A stretch of DNA of 33,318 nt from an uncultured Oscillospiraceae bacterium (GTDB lineage: Bacteria > Bacillota > Clostridia > Oscillospirales > Oscillospiraceae). Numbering within the stretch: the first letter of the stretch is position 1; every line of letters starts with the position of its first letter. The position numbers were made by a program, and so were the translations under genes. A model generated the notes under the pieces. The model saw only the letters and a list, made by a program, of their open reading frames with translations, was not told the DNA's origin and did no database searches. The stretch is from assembly GCA_900769835.1 (NCBI GenBank), contig CAAGIE010000064.1, positions 1-33,318 on the forward strand, given 5' to 3'. Shown piece after piece: positions 1-8,255 of this stretch.

Positions 1-61
1 CGTTCTTGGTAGAACCGCCGCCCTTGTGGTGAGCGAAAAACTGAATACCAATCTTCAGCAT
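1..61 (-). CDS. rpmA: 50S ribosomal protein L27, 5' part (runs off the window)
   Basis: Manual translation of the reverse complement from ATG at 61 gives MLKIGIQFFAHHKGGGSTKN, the L27 N-terminus with the Firmicutes extension cleaved by Prp; it lies downstream of rplU-prp. Confidence 0.95.
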   Translation of the reverse strand, partial: MLKIGIQFFAHHKGGGSTKN

Positions 62-65
62 GGTG

Positions 66-389
66 TTACACCTCCAAAACTTCGATATAATCTTCGTAAT
101 CTTCCCGCAGGTTGACCAGGGTCAACATCAGTCCGGAAAGGACTGCCTGGACGGTCTCTTCTTCGTCGCAGGAAACGGGGAGGGTCAGAGTGATGCGGGC
201 ATCCTCTTCCTTGACCCGGACTTTAGCCTTGGCACCGCAAATATCATTGATGGTAGCCTCAGCCATTGTGACCAGAGCGCTGATGGCGGCGCAGACGATA
301 TCACTGCCTGCCTCTGCATAGCCGCTGTGGCCGGAGATGGAGAATCCGGTGATTCTCTCTCCCTCAGTAAAAAATTCGCATCTTGTCAT
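66..389 (-). CDS. prp: Ribosomal-processing cysteine protease Prp (YsxB family)
   Basis: 107 aa with the SGHSGYAEAGSDIVCAAIS motif (catalytic His and Cys); canonical position between rplU and rpmA. Confidence 0.95.
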   Translation of the reverse strand: MTRCEFFTEGERITGFSISGHSGYAEAGSDIVCAAISALVTMAEATINDICGAKAKVRVKEEDARITLTLPVSCDEEETVQAVLSGLMLTLVNLREDYEDYIEVLEV

Positions 390-391
390 AA

Positions 392-703
392 TTACAGTGC
401 GATCTTGGTGATCTCCACCTTGGTGTAGGGCTGACGATGGCCCTGCTTCTTCTTCTCGTTCTTCTTAGCCTTGTACTTGAAGACGATGATCTTCTTAGCC
501 TTGCCGGTCTTCAGGACCTTAGCCTCGACGCAAGCACCCTCAACAACGGGAGCGCCGATCTTGGAGTTCTCGCCGTCCAGCACTGCCAGAACCTGCTCAA
601 ACTTCACGGTAGCCTCGTTCTCTGCCTCCAGCTTCTCGATGTACAGGACATCACCCTCGGAGACGGTGTACTGCTTACCGCCGGTAACGATAACTGCTTT
701 CAT
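392..703 (-). CDS. rplU: 50S ribosomal protein L21
   Basis: [14 protein letters not shown]...[17 protein letters not shown], 103 aa. The start is ATG at 703, not the ORF-track start at 781. Confidence 0.97.
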   Translation of the reverse strand: MKAVIVTGGKQYTVSEGDVLYIEKLEAENEATVKFEQVLAVLDGENSKIGAPVVEGACVEAKVLKTGKAKKIIVFKYKAKKNEKKKQGHRQPYTKVEITKIAL

Positions 704-727
704 TTCTTTTTCACCTACTTTATATTG

Positions 728-788
728 TGTAGACTCGCTCTTAGGGAGGGTGCGAAGGCGCACCAACTTGAACCCATTCAATGCGGCT
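728..788 (-). promoter_or_regulatory. Probable L21 leader cis-regulatory RNA
   Basis: 5' UTR of rplU contains a GGTGCG-CCTT-CGCACC hairpin and GCGAGTCT near the RBS, resembling the Firmicutes L21 leader; no covariance model was run. Confidence 0.6.
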
Positions 789-793
789 GGACT

Positions 794-822
794 ATTTTAA
801 CAAGGAAAGCGTGAAAAGTCAA
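794..822 (-). promoter_or_regulatory. Sigma-A promoter of rplU-prp-rpmA
   Basis: Minus strand TTGACT (822-817), 17-nt spacer, TAAAAT (799-794), with an extended -10 TG. Confidence 0.8.
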
Positions 823-960
823 GTGTTTTTATAACTTTTTGCGGGAAAATGTGCAATTTCAGACTTCCTGAAAAGGGCTTTTGAAATAAAAAGCGGAAAA
901 CCCTTACGGCGGCAACGACTTTCGGGCTTTTCAGAAAAATAAAAATGGGAATTTGGCGGG

Positions 961-989
961 AAGACAAGGGGGGGAAAGTGTGGTATGAT
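961..989 (+). promoter_or_regulatory. Putative extended -10 sigma-A promoter of the phage-like operon
   Basis: AAGACA (961-966), 17-nt spacer containing G7, then TG-G-TATGAT (981-989). Confidence 0.55.
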
Positions 990-1013
990 AGTTATACCGG
1001 AAGCATACCACAC
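978..1013. repeat. Perfect 10-bp inverted repeat overlapping the -10 box (operator-like)
   Basis: GTGTGGTATG (978-987), 16 nt, CATACCACAC (1004-1013). Confidence 0.8.
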
Positions 1014-1054
1014 GGGCACAAAATCAAAAAAAGGGGGAATGCATCACAGAAATT

Positions 1055-1456
1055 ATGGAAATGCAGAAACCGGAGGTCAGCCCGGAGCGGATCCTGCAGG
1101 AGCTGGCCAGGATCGGATTTGCCAGAGTTCCCGATTATCTGGAAATTCGGGAGGAGACCTTACTCCTTCGTAATGATGAGAGGCTGGATGGCGCGGCCAT
1201 TGCTTCCATTGAAAAAGGCAGTGGCGGCTGGAAGGTGAAATTCTATGATAAACTCAAAGCGCTGGAACTGATGGGAAAGCACTTAGGGATGTTCAACGGC
1301 TCGGAGGAGCCGGCGCAGACCGAAAATTGCAACCTGTTGGAGTGTATCATCCAGGCTACCCGGGAGGAGGTGGATCTGCGTGATATACCGGAAATTCAGC
1401 AAGCGGCAGATGCTGGCGATGAGTTGGTGGAACCGGCCGAAGTTGCAAAATTATGA
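1055..1456 (+). CDS. Terminase small subunit, N-terminally short
   Basis: ERILQELARIGF and VKFYDKLKALELMGKHLGMF match the middle and C-terminal part of Terminase_2-type TerS; immediately upstream of TerL and overlapping it. Exact start uncertain. Confidence 0.8.
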   Translation: MEMQKPEVSPERILQELARIGFARVPDYLEIREETLLLRNDERLDGAAIASIEKGSGGWKVKFYDKLKALELMGKHLGMFNGSEEPAQTENCNLLECIIQATREEVDLRDIPEIQQAADAGDELVEPAEVAKL

Positions 1457-2630
1457 CGGCATTATATGTGATGGAGCGGTGCGCTCGGGAAAGACAGTTT
1501 GTCTGGTGGACGGATTTTTCTTATGGTCCATGGCAAATTTTTCCGGGTGCATTTTTGCGTTATGCGGCAAGACCGTATCCTCCCTCCGACGAAATGTGAT
1601 CATCCACCTGCAGGACTGGCTGGGAGGTGTGCTGGACGTGCAGGAGCATCGCAGTGAGAACAAACTGGTGGTCACCGACAAGCGGGGAAATACCAATACC
1701 TATTATCTGTTCGGCGGCAAGGACGAAGGCTCCTATCAGGTGGTGCAGGGCATCACTCTGGCAGGCGCCCTGCTGGATGAGGCGGTGCTGATGCCCCGTT
1801 CTTTTGTGGAGCAGGTCTGCGCCCGCTGCTCCGTGGAGGGCGCAAAACTTTGGTTTTCCTGCAATCCGGACGGCCCGGAGCATTGGTTCTATAAGGAGTG
1901 GATCCTGGGGAGCAAGGAGAAAAATATGCTCCACCTGCACTTCACTATGGACGATAATCCCGGCCTTTCTCAGGCAGTTCGCAACCGCTATAAGCGCATG
2001 TATTCCGGCGTGTTTTACCGCCGCTATGTGCTGGGACAGTGGTGTGTGGCAGAGGGTCTTGTGTACCGCCTGCCGCCGGAGAGCATCGTGGAGAAATTGC
2101 CGCAGTACGGTCGCTATTATATTTCTGTGGACTACGGTACCATGAACCCCTTTTCCGCGGGACTTTGGTGTGTGGCGGAGGGAAAAGCGGTGCGCCTGCG
2201 GGAGTTTTATCACAACGGCAGAGAATCGGGAAAGCAAATGACAGACGAAGAATACTATCAGCAAATCGTAAAGCTGGCGAAGGGGTATCCTGTGGAGCAG
2301 GTGATCGTGGATCCTTCGGCGGCTTCTTTTATTGCAACGATCCGTGCCCACGGAACGTTTTCGGTACGCAAAGCAAGGAACGAAGTCCTCTCCGGCATCC
2401 GCCTGGTGGCGAGATGCCTGCAGGCAGGTGTGTTGCTGATCGGCAGGGAATGCCGGGATGCCATTCGGGAATTCGGTCTTTACAGCTGGCAGGAAGCGGG
2501 GGATGTGCCGTGCAAGGAAAACGACCACGCAATGGACGACATCCGCTATTTCTGCGCCACGGTTTTGCGAAGAGACAGACTTGTGAAAAGAATTTTGGAA
2601 GGAGACGACAATGAAGAAATGGTTGTATGA
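1380..2630 (+). CDS. Terminase large subunit, PBSX family
   Basis: Walker A GAVRSGKT, Walker B ALLDEA, SCNP coupling motif, nuclease motifs VDYG, DPSA and DHAMDDIRY; GTG start with GGAGG upstream. Confidence 0.95.
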   Translation: MIYRKFSKRQMLAMSWWNRPKLQNYDGIICDGAVRSGKTVCLVDGFFLWSMANFSGCIFALCGKTVSSLRRNVIIHLQDWLGGVLDVQEHRSENKLVVTDKRGNTNTYYLFGGKDEGSYQVVQGITLAGALLDEAVLMPRSFVEQVCARCSVEGAKLWFSCNPDGPEHWFYKEWILGSKEKNMLHLHFTMDDNPGLSQAVRNRYKRMYSGVFYRRYVLGQWCVAEGLVYRLPPESIVEKLPQYGRYYISVDYGTMNPFSAGLWCVAEGKAVRLREFYHNGRESGKQMTDEEYYQQIVKLAKGYPVEQVIVDPSAASFIATIRAHGTFSVRKARNEVLSGIRLVARCLQAGVLLIGRECRDAIREFGLYSWQEAGDVPCKENDHAMDDIRYFCATVLRRDRLVKRILEGDDNEEMVV

Positions 2631-2808
2631 TCATTTTCTGCCCATGTGGGCAAAGGAAACGGTGCTGGCGGAAAATCGCAGACTGCGGCGGGAAAATCAG
2701 CACCTTTTACAGCAGACCCAGCAGAAGGATGCCTACATCCAGGGCTTGCAGCTGGGGATCCGGGCAGGCAAGCGCATCAGCATCTATAACCGGGGAGGGG
2801 AAGTATGA
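2611..2808 (+). CDS. Small hypothetical coiled-coil protein
   Basis: 65 aa with AAGGAG RBS; overlaps the TerL stop and the portal start (ATGA). Confidence 0.6.
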   Translation: MKKWLYDHFLPMWAKETVLAENRRLRRENQHLLQQTQQKDAYIQGLQLGIRAGKRISIYNRGGEV

Positions 2809-4121
2809 GTATCTATGATTATGAAAGCGCCTTTGGCGTAGAGGACAAGACCTCCTCGGCTATGCGAAAGGCCATCGACCAGTGGTTTTCGCTCTACTAC
2901 GGCGAGGAGGGGGATGGTGACCCCAGCCAGCGGATCGCCTACACCGTGGTCAATAAGATCGTAAAGACCATGTTCGGTGAGTACCAGGTGGCGGCGGATA
3001 CGGAGTTTGCCAAAATGGTGGCCCGGAGCATCGCGCCCTACCGCTTCCACGCAATGCAGATGATGCTGGTGGGCGGCGAATGCTTTCTAAAGCCCAATCC
3101 CGAGCCTGACGGTTTCAGTTTTACCCTGATTCCTCGCAACAACATCCTGGTGTTTCAGCGAAATGCTCTGGGCGAAGCGGTGGATGTGGGTACGGTGGAG
3201 CGCAGTACATTCGGAAAACATTACTACACCCTGCTGGAGCGGAGAACGGTGGATGCCGAGGGCTTCCTGACCATCGAGAATCGATTGTTCCGCTCTCTCA
3301 ACGCCCAGAGCCTGGGCGGTGAGGTGTCCCTTTCCGAGCATCCCGCCTATGGCGATCTGGTGGCAAGCCATTGCTACGAGCGCCCCGTGGGACTGGGACT
3401 TGTGAGCCTGAAGACCCCTATGCTCAACTGTGTGGACGGTACCACCGATGGCGTGGCGGTGTATGCGGCGGCCGCGGGTCTGATCCGCAATATCGACCGC
3501 AACGAAGCCCAACTCAACGGGGAATTTTCCCGTGGCGAGAGCCGCGTGATCGTATCTGCCGACCTGCTGGACACAGATAAGCAGTTCAGCCAGAATCTGT
3601 TTGTGGGTCTGGACGAAGACCCCGAGCAGGTGGGCATCACCCTCTTTTCTCCCCAGTTGCGGGAGCAGTCGTTCCTGGCAAGAAAGCAGGAATATCTGCG
3701 GAACGTGGAAAGCGTGATCGGCCTGAAGCGAGGCCTTTTGTCAGACGCCAATGTGGAGGAGCGAACCGCCACGGAGATCTCTGCATCTGCAGGCGACTAT
3801 AACCTGACTGTGATGGACTTCCAGCGGGTTTGGGAGCAGGCATTGCAAAAGATCGTGGTGCTGTGCGGGGTCCTTTGGGAGATGTACGGCCAGGGTGTTG
3901 CAGAGGTCAGTTCCCTGAATGTGGACTGGGGCAACGGCATCCTCTACGACGAGGAAAAGACCTGGCAGGACTATATGGCAATGGTGGCCGCGGGTATCCT
4001 GAAGCCGGAGATCGCTCTGGGCTGGCGGTTCAATCTGCCTGCGGATACCCCTGAACAGCAGGCGGCCATTCGGGCGAAAATGATGCCCGCAAATATTGTT
4101 GATGAAAGTGCGATGTCGTGA
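2805..4121 (+). CDS. Portal protein (A118/SPP1-like)
   Basis: 438 aa after TerL; YYTLLERRT, RTATEI and DWGNGILYD motifs typical of A118-type portals. Confidence 0.88.
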   Translation: MSIYDYESAFGVEDKTSSAMRKAIDQWFSLYYGEEGDGDPSQRIAYTVVNKIVKTMFGEYQVAADTEFAKMVARSIAPYRFHAMQMMLVGGECFLKPNPEPDGFSFTLIPRNNILVFQRNALGEAVDVGTVERSTFGKHYYTLLERRTVDAEGFLTIENRLFRSLNAQSLGGEVSLSEHPAYGDLVASHCYERPVGLGLVSLKTPMLNCVDGTTDGVAVYAAAAGLIRNIDRNEAQLNGEFSRGESRVIVSADLLDTDKQFSQNLFVGLDEDPEQVGITLFSPQLREQSFLARKQEYLRNVESVIGLKRGLLSDANVEERTATEISASAGDYNLTVMDFQRVWEQALQKIVVLCGVLWEMYGQGVAEVSSLNVDWGNGILYDEEKTWQDYMAMVAAGILKPEIALGWRFNLPADTPEQQAAIRAKMMPANIVDESAMS

Positions 4122-4219
4122 GATACCGTGCTTTTTTCATACCCACGCCGGGGTGGCGTTCATCACCCCACCACCTTACCGGGGAAAACCCGGAATACAA
4201 ATTCTTTTAGGAGGAAGCA

Positions 4220-4702
4220 ATGAAAAACATCTATGAGATCCTGGCAGACTACGGCATCGCCGTAGAAGAGGAACACCGCGGGAAATTTGAGCGCCAGCTT
4301 TTTGGCAGCTACAAATCCGCGGCGGAAATGGAGAAGAAGGACGCAAAGATCGCCCAGCTGGAGGAGGCGCTGACACAGAAGGATCAGCACCACGCCCGAG
4401 AACTGGCAGACCGGGAATTTTCCCGCCTGCTGGATACCGCCATCAGCGGAGCAAAGGGTAGAAATCAGAAAGCGATCCTGGCGCTCCTGGATACTGAAGC
4501 CCTGAAAAATGCGGAAGACCCCGCAAAGGCCACTCAGGAAGCCATCGACCAGCTCCGCAAGTCCGACGGTTACCTCTTCGAGCAAACCAAGACCCCGCCT
4601 CTGTACGCAAGAGGCACCGGCGCCGATACCGGCGCACAGAAGAAAGCCCCCGCCACACTGGCCGGTGCATTACAAGAACGTTTTAATAATGAAAGGAAGT
4701 AA
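4220..4702 (+). CDS. Capsid scaffolding protein (Phage_GP20-like)
   Basis: Charged helical 160-aa protein with KGRNQKAILALLD...LRKSDGYLF; directly before the capsid gene; AGGAGG RBS. Confidence 0.85.
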   Translation: MKNIYEILADYGIAVEEEHRGKFERQLFGSYKSAAEMEKKDAKIAQLEEALTQKDQHHARELADREFSRLLDTAISGAKGRNQKAILALLDTEALKNAEDPAKATQEAIDQLRKSDGYLFEQTKTPPLYARGTGADTGAQKKAPATLAGALQERFNNERK

Positions 4703-4708
4703 AAAATT

Positions 4709-5677
4709 ATGGCAATTACATTAGCAGAAGCAAAGGTCGGCATGGCCGACAAGGTAGATCAGCAGATCGTAGATATGTTCCGCCGCAGTTCCCTGCTGCT
4801 GGACAATATGGTGTTCGATAACGCCATTTCCCCCGGCACCGGCGGCTCCACTCTGACCTACGGTTACATCCAGCTCAAGAGCCCCTCCACCGCATCTGTC
4901 CGTACCATCAACGGCGAGTACACTCCCGGTGAGGCAAAGAAGGAAAAGAAGACCGCCAACGCCATCATCATGGGTGGCGCATTCCAGATGGACCGTGTTC
5001 TGCAGAACACCTCCGGTGCCGCCAATGAACTGGCATTCCAGGCAGAGCAGAAAATCAAGGCAACCGCCAACTATTTCCACAATCTGGTGATCAACGGCAG
5101 TGGCGAGGCCACCGACGAGGGCTACATCGCAGGCACTTTCGACGGCCTGAAGAAACTGCTCTCCGGCACCGCCAACGAGATCGTTTCTCAGGTGAGCCTG
5201 ACCACCTCCGAGGAACTGGATCAGAACTACAACGCATTTCTGGACGAAATGGATAGCTTTATCAGCTGCTTGGACGGCACTCCCTCTATGCTGCTGATGA
5301 ACCGCGCAATGCTGGTCAAGCTCCGCTCCATCGCCCGCCGCGCCGGCTACTACGAGCGCAATCAGGACGATTTCGGCAGAACTGTGGAGACCTACGCAGG
5401 TGTTCCCATGATGGATATGGGTCAGTTCTTCAACGGCACTTCCATCGAGGATGTGGTGCATACCGAGGACGGCAAGACCGCCATCTACGCAGTTTCTCTG
5501 GGTCTGGACGGCTTCCACGGCATTTCCCCTCTGGGTGACGGTGTGATCCAGTCCTACCTGCCCGACCTGTCCAGCCCCGGCGCGGTCAAGACCGGCGAAG
5601 TGGAACTGGTGGCAGGTGTTGCCCTGAAGAATACCCTCAAGGCCGCAGTCCTGAAGGATATCGCTATCGGCGGTTAA
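4709..5677 (+). CDS. Major capsid protein
   Basis: 322 aa following the scaffold; MAITLAEAK start, FDGLKKLL and GEVELVAGVALKN resemble HK97-fold Firmicutes capsids. Confidence 0.88.
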   Translation: MAITLAEAKVGMADKVDQQIVDMFRRSSLLLDNMVFDNAISPGTGGSTLTYGYIQLKSPSTASVRTINGEYTPGEAKKEKKTANAIIMGGAFQMDRVLQNTSGAANELAFQAEQKIKATANYFHNLVINGSGEATDEGYIAGTFDGLKKLLSGTANEIVSQVSLTTSEELDQNYNAFLDEMDSFISCLDGTPSMLLMNRAMLVKLRSIARRAGYYERNQDDFGRTVETYAGVPMMDMGQFFNGTSIEDVVHTEDGKTAIYAVSLGLDGFHGISPLGDGVIQSYLPDLSSPGAVKTGEVELVAGVALKNTLKAAVLKDIAIGG

Positions 5678-5680
5678 TCT

Positions 5681-6010
5681 ATGGTGGATTACGAGTTCTA
5701 TCGGGATGCCTATCTGGGCAGTCAGATCCCTGAAAAGGCGTTCCCCGAGGCAGAGGCAAGAGCCAGAGAGTTTTTGCAGTATCTGCAGAGAAATTTCCAG
5801 GTAAATTCCAGCGGTGAGCAGGCAGAAAAAATGGCCTTGTGCGCCGTGGCGGAGGGGGTCTATCACGAGGAAAAGCGTGGCAGGATCTCCTCTGCCAGCG
5901 CCGGCAGCGTGTCGGTGCATTATCGGGGTAGTGAGGAAAAGAGCCTGCGTCGGGCGCTGCTGCAAAAGGCCGCCATTTACCTGGACATCCACAGAGGAGT
6001 GAGCGGATGA
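5681..6010 (+). CDS. Head-tail connector/adaptor
   Basis: MVDYEFYRDAYLG...ALCAVAE...SASAGSVSVHY pattern; first gene after the capsid. Confidence 0.75.
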   Translation: MVDYEFYRDAYLGSQIPEKAFPEAEARAREFLQYLQRNFQVNSSGEQAEKMALCAVAEGVYHEEKRGRISSASAGSVSVHYRGSEEKSLRRALLQKAAIYLDIHRGVSG

Positions 6011-6372
6011 TGGAGTATGATCTGTGCCGGGATACGGTAACGGTCTACCGCCTGACAGAGGAAGGCGTCTTTCGGCAGGTGCTGGAGGACTGCTTTCTGA
6101 GTTGGGAGGAGCAGACGGTGACCGATCTTTACGGCACCCGCAAAGGCGCGGAATTTCTGCTGATCCACCCGGGAAAGACCCAAGCGGTTTTTCCCGGCGA
6201 CCGGGTGATGGCAGGGGTTGGCCCCGAGATCGCAAAAGAGGAGTGGGGCAGTTTCATTCCCGCGGCAGTACCCGGTCTGGGTCAGGTCAGTTATGTGCGG
6301 CTCTATCGCTGGGGCGGTCAGTTGCAGCACTGCGAAGCAGGTAGCCGTCAGCCGGTGCGTCCCCAATTGTAG
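6007..6372 (+). CDS. Putative head closure/stopper protein
   Basis: 121 aa, DTVTVYR...GDRV...HCEA beta-rich pattern; neck position. Confidence 0.55.
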   Translation: MMEYDLCRDTVTVYRLTEEGVFRQVLEDCFLSWEEQTVTDLYGTRKGAEFLLIHPGKTQAVFPGDRVMAGVGPEIAKEEWGSFIPAAVPGLGQVSYVRLYRWGGQLQHCEAGSRQPVRPQL

Positions 6373-6380
6373 GAGGAAGT

Positions 6381-6791
6381 ATGACAGATTTGGAAAAAGT
6401 AAAAGCGTGGCTGGATCTGTGTCCTTATTTGCAGATCGAGAGTCGTGTGGATACCACCCAGGACTGGCCCGTCAGCGCCGGTCTGTACCCCCGCACCCAG
6501 CGGGTGACCGGCAGGACGGAGGATGTGCTGGGCGGTAAGAAAATGCGCATCAGCCAGACCTATTTTCTGCGCCTGGCATTGCCGGAAGGCGAAGAAGCGG
6601 CAGAACGGATGCAGAAGATCCAAAATTGGATTTTTACCCAGAATATCAACGGAAATGTGCCGTTTTTGGGCGAAAATGTATCCATTTGGGGTGAAGACGG
6701 CCGTCTGGAAAAAGCCGGTCAGGTGGGTATGTCCCTGTATGTGCTGACGCTGAAAACAGAGTTTACAGTAATCGTGGAAGGAGTAAATTGA
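6381..6791 (+). CDS. Putative tail terminator/neck protein
   Basis: 136 aa with AGGAGG RBS, directly before the tail tube gene; contains EDVLGG. Confidence 0.55.
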   Translation: MTDLEKVKAWLDLCPYLQIESRVDTTQDWPVSAGLYPRTQRVTGRTEDVLGGKKMRISQTYFLRLALPEGEEAAERMQKIQNWIFTQNINGNVPFLGENVSIWGEDGRLEKAGQVGMSLYVLTLKTEFTVIVEGVN

Positions 6792-7270
6792 TGGCAAAAA
6801 TCGAAAGAAAGTATCTGGCCCATTACGTGGATGTGGCCACTGTCCAGGGTTCTCCCGTTTATGAGCGACTGGGCAAAGACCTGGAGGAATACAGCCCCGA
6901 ACTGTCCGCCCAGGTGGAAACCAAAAAGAACATTCTGGGTGAAACCTCCGTGGTAATCTCCGGCTATGAAAAGACCGCTTCTGTGGAGTCTTACTATGCC
7001 GAGACCGGCTCTGGTCTGTTCACCCGCCTGCAGGAGATCATCGATAACGGCCTGGTGCTGGAGGATCTGAAGACCCGGGTGGTGGAGGTAAAACTGTGGG
7101 AGGCTGAGAGCGAGGGCGTGTATCCCGCAGTCTGCGAGGAGGCCTATATCGAGGTCAATTCCTACGGCGGCGACACCACCGGCTACCAGATCCCCTTTAC
7201 CCTGCACTACACCGGTGTCAAGGAAAAGGGCACCTTCAACGTGACCGAAAAGACCTTCGCAAAAGCGTAA
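6791..7270 (+). CDS. Major tail tube protein
   Basis: MAKIERKYLAHYVD...RLGKDLEEYSPEL...KNILGE...SYGGDTTGYQIPF; 159 aa, acidic, in tail position; no sheath gene, so a non-contractile tail. Confidence 0.82.
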   Translation: MAKIERKYLAHYVDVATVQGSPVYERLGKDLEEYSPELSAQVETKKNILGETSVVISGYEKTASVESYYAETGSGLFTRLQEIIDNGLVLEDLKTRVVEVKLWEAESEGVYPAVCEEAYIEVNSYGGDTTGYQIPFTLHYTGVKEKGTFNVTEKTFAKA

Positions 7271-7280
7271 GGGGTGAAAT

Positions 7281-7706
7281 ATGGAGAAGATCACATTTGA
7301 TAACGGTGTGCGGGAGTTTTCCGTCAATGGCAGAGGTGTCCTGCGGTTCAATCCTCAGGATCCCAATGTGTACTTGCGGCTGACCCAGGCAGAGGAAAAG
7401 ATCCGTAAAATTGAGCAGTCCCTGCCCAAAAATGCAGAAAATGGGGAGGAGGGCGCCCGCCTTTTGTATGAGGCGGACCGACAACTCAAGGAGATCCTGA
7501 ACTGGGTCTTTGGCGCCGGCAACGATTTCGAGGAGATCGCAGGCAATGTGAACTTACTGGCCACGGCCAAAAACGGCCGCACCGTAGTGGAAAACTTCCT
7601 GGAGGCCATCGCACCCGCGTTGCAGGCAGGGGCCGAAGCCGGTGTCCGCCTGCAGGTGGAGGCCGCACGAAAAGCGGCAAAGGCCAGAAGGATGGCGGCG
7701 CGATGA
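7281..7706 (+). CDS. Tail assembly chaperone
   Basis: 141 aa after the tail tube gene; LRFNPQDPN motif. Confidence 0.6.
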   Translation: MEKITFDNGVREFSVNGRGVLRFNPQDPNVYLRLTQAEEKIRKIEQSLPKNAENGEEGARLLYEADRQLKEILNWVFGAGNDFEEIAGNVNLLATAKNGRTVVENFLEAIAPALQAGAEAGVRLQVEAARKAAKARRMAAR

Positions 7707-8251
7707 GCCTGTGGGAGTTGCCACAAACGGCGAAGATCGGGGAGCGGGTCTACACCCTCCATACGGACTACCGTGACATTCTTGAGATCTTCTCCTATCT
7801 GGACAACGAGGATCTTCCCGAAGCGGTGCGCTGGCAGATCGCCCTGGGACTTTTCTTCGAGGAGGAGATCCCCCCGGAGGATATGCCCCGGGCGGCGGAA
7901 TACTTTTCCTGGTTCGTGGCCTGCGGGCAGAATCGGGGAAAGGGTGAGCGGCTGATGTGCTGGCAGCAGGATGCGCCGATGATCGTGGCGGAGATCAATA
8001 AAGCGGTAGGGCAGGAGATACGCGTCCTGCCCTACCTGCACTGGTGGACCTTTTTGGGATGGTTTCATGCCATCGGAGAGGGTCAGTTTTCCGCCGTGGT
8101 GGCCCTGCGCCATAAACTCAATCGCGGGCAGGCGCTGGAGCCGTGGGAAAAGACATTTTATCGGGAAAACCGGGCGGTGGTGGATCTCCGCAGACGGTAT
8201 TCCCGGCAGGAGCTGGAAGAAAAAGAAAGACTGGAGCAGCTCCTGAAATAG
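7703..8251 (+). CDS. Bacteriophage Gp15-family protein (A118 gp15-like tail chaperone)
   Basis: TDYRDIL...WQQDAPMI...YLHWWTFLGWF...VVALR signature; directly before the tape measure gene. Confidence 0.82.
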   Translation: MSLWELPQTAKIGERVYTLHTDYRDILEIFSYLDNEDLPEAVRWQIALGLFFEEEIPPEDMPRAAEYFSWFVACGQNRGKGERLMCWQQDAPMIVAEINKAVGQEIRVLPYLHWWTFLGWFHAIGEGQFSAVVALRHKLNRGQALEPWEKTFYRENRAVVDLRRRYSRQELEEKERLEQLLK

Positions 8252-8255
8252 ACCG

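Noticed and set aside
66..5677. Idea that the adjacent host Prp protease matures the capsid or scaffold, as in staphylococcal phage 80alpha
   Set aside because: Neither the scaffold (MKNIYEIL) nor the capsid (MAITLAEAK) has the L27-like QFF/A cleavage motif, so the adjacency appears incidental.
7660..7710. Programmed frameshift between the tail chaperone genes
   Set aside because: No XXXYYYZ slippery heptamer is visible near the end of the first ORF, and the second ORF has its own ATGA-coupled start.
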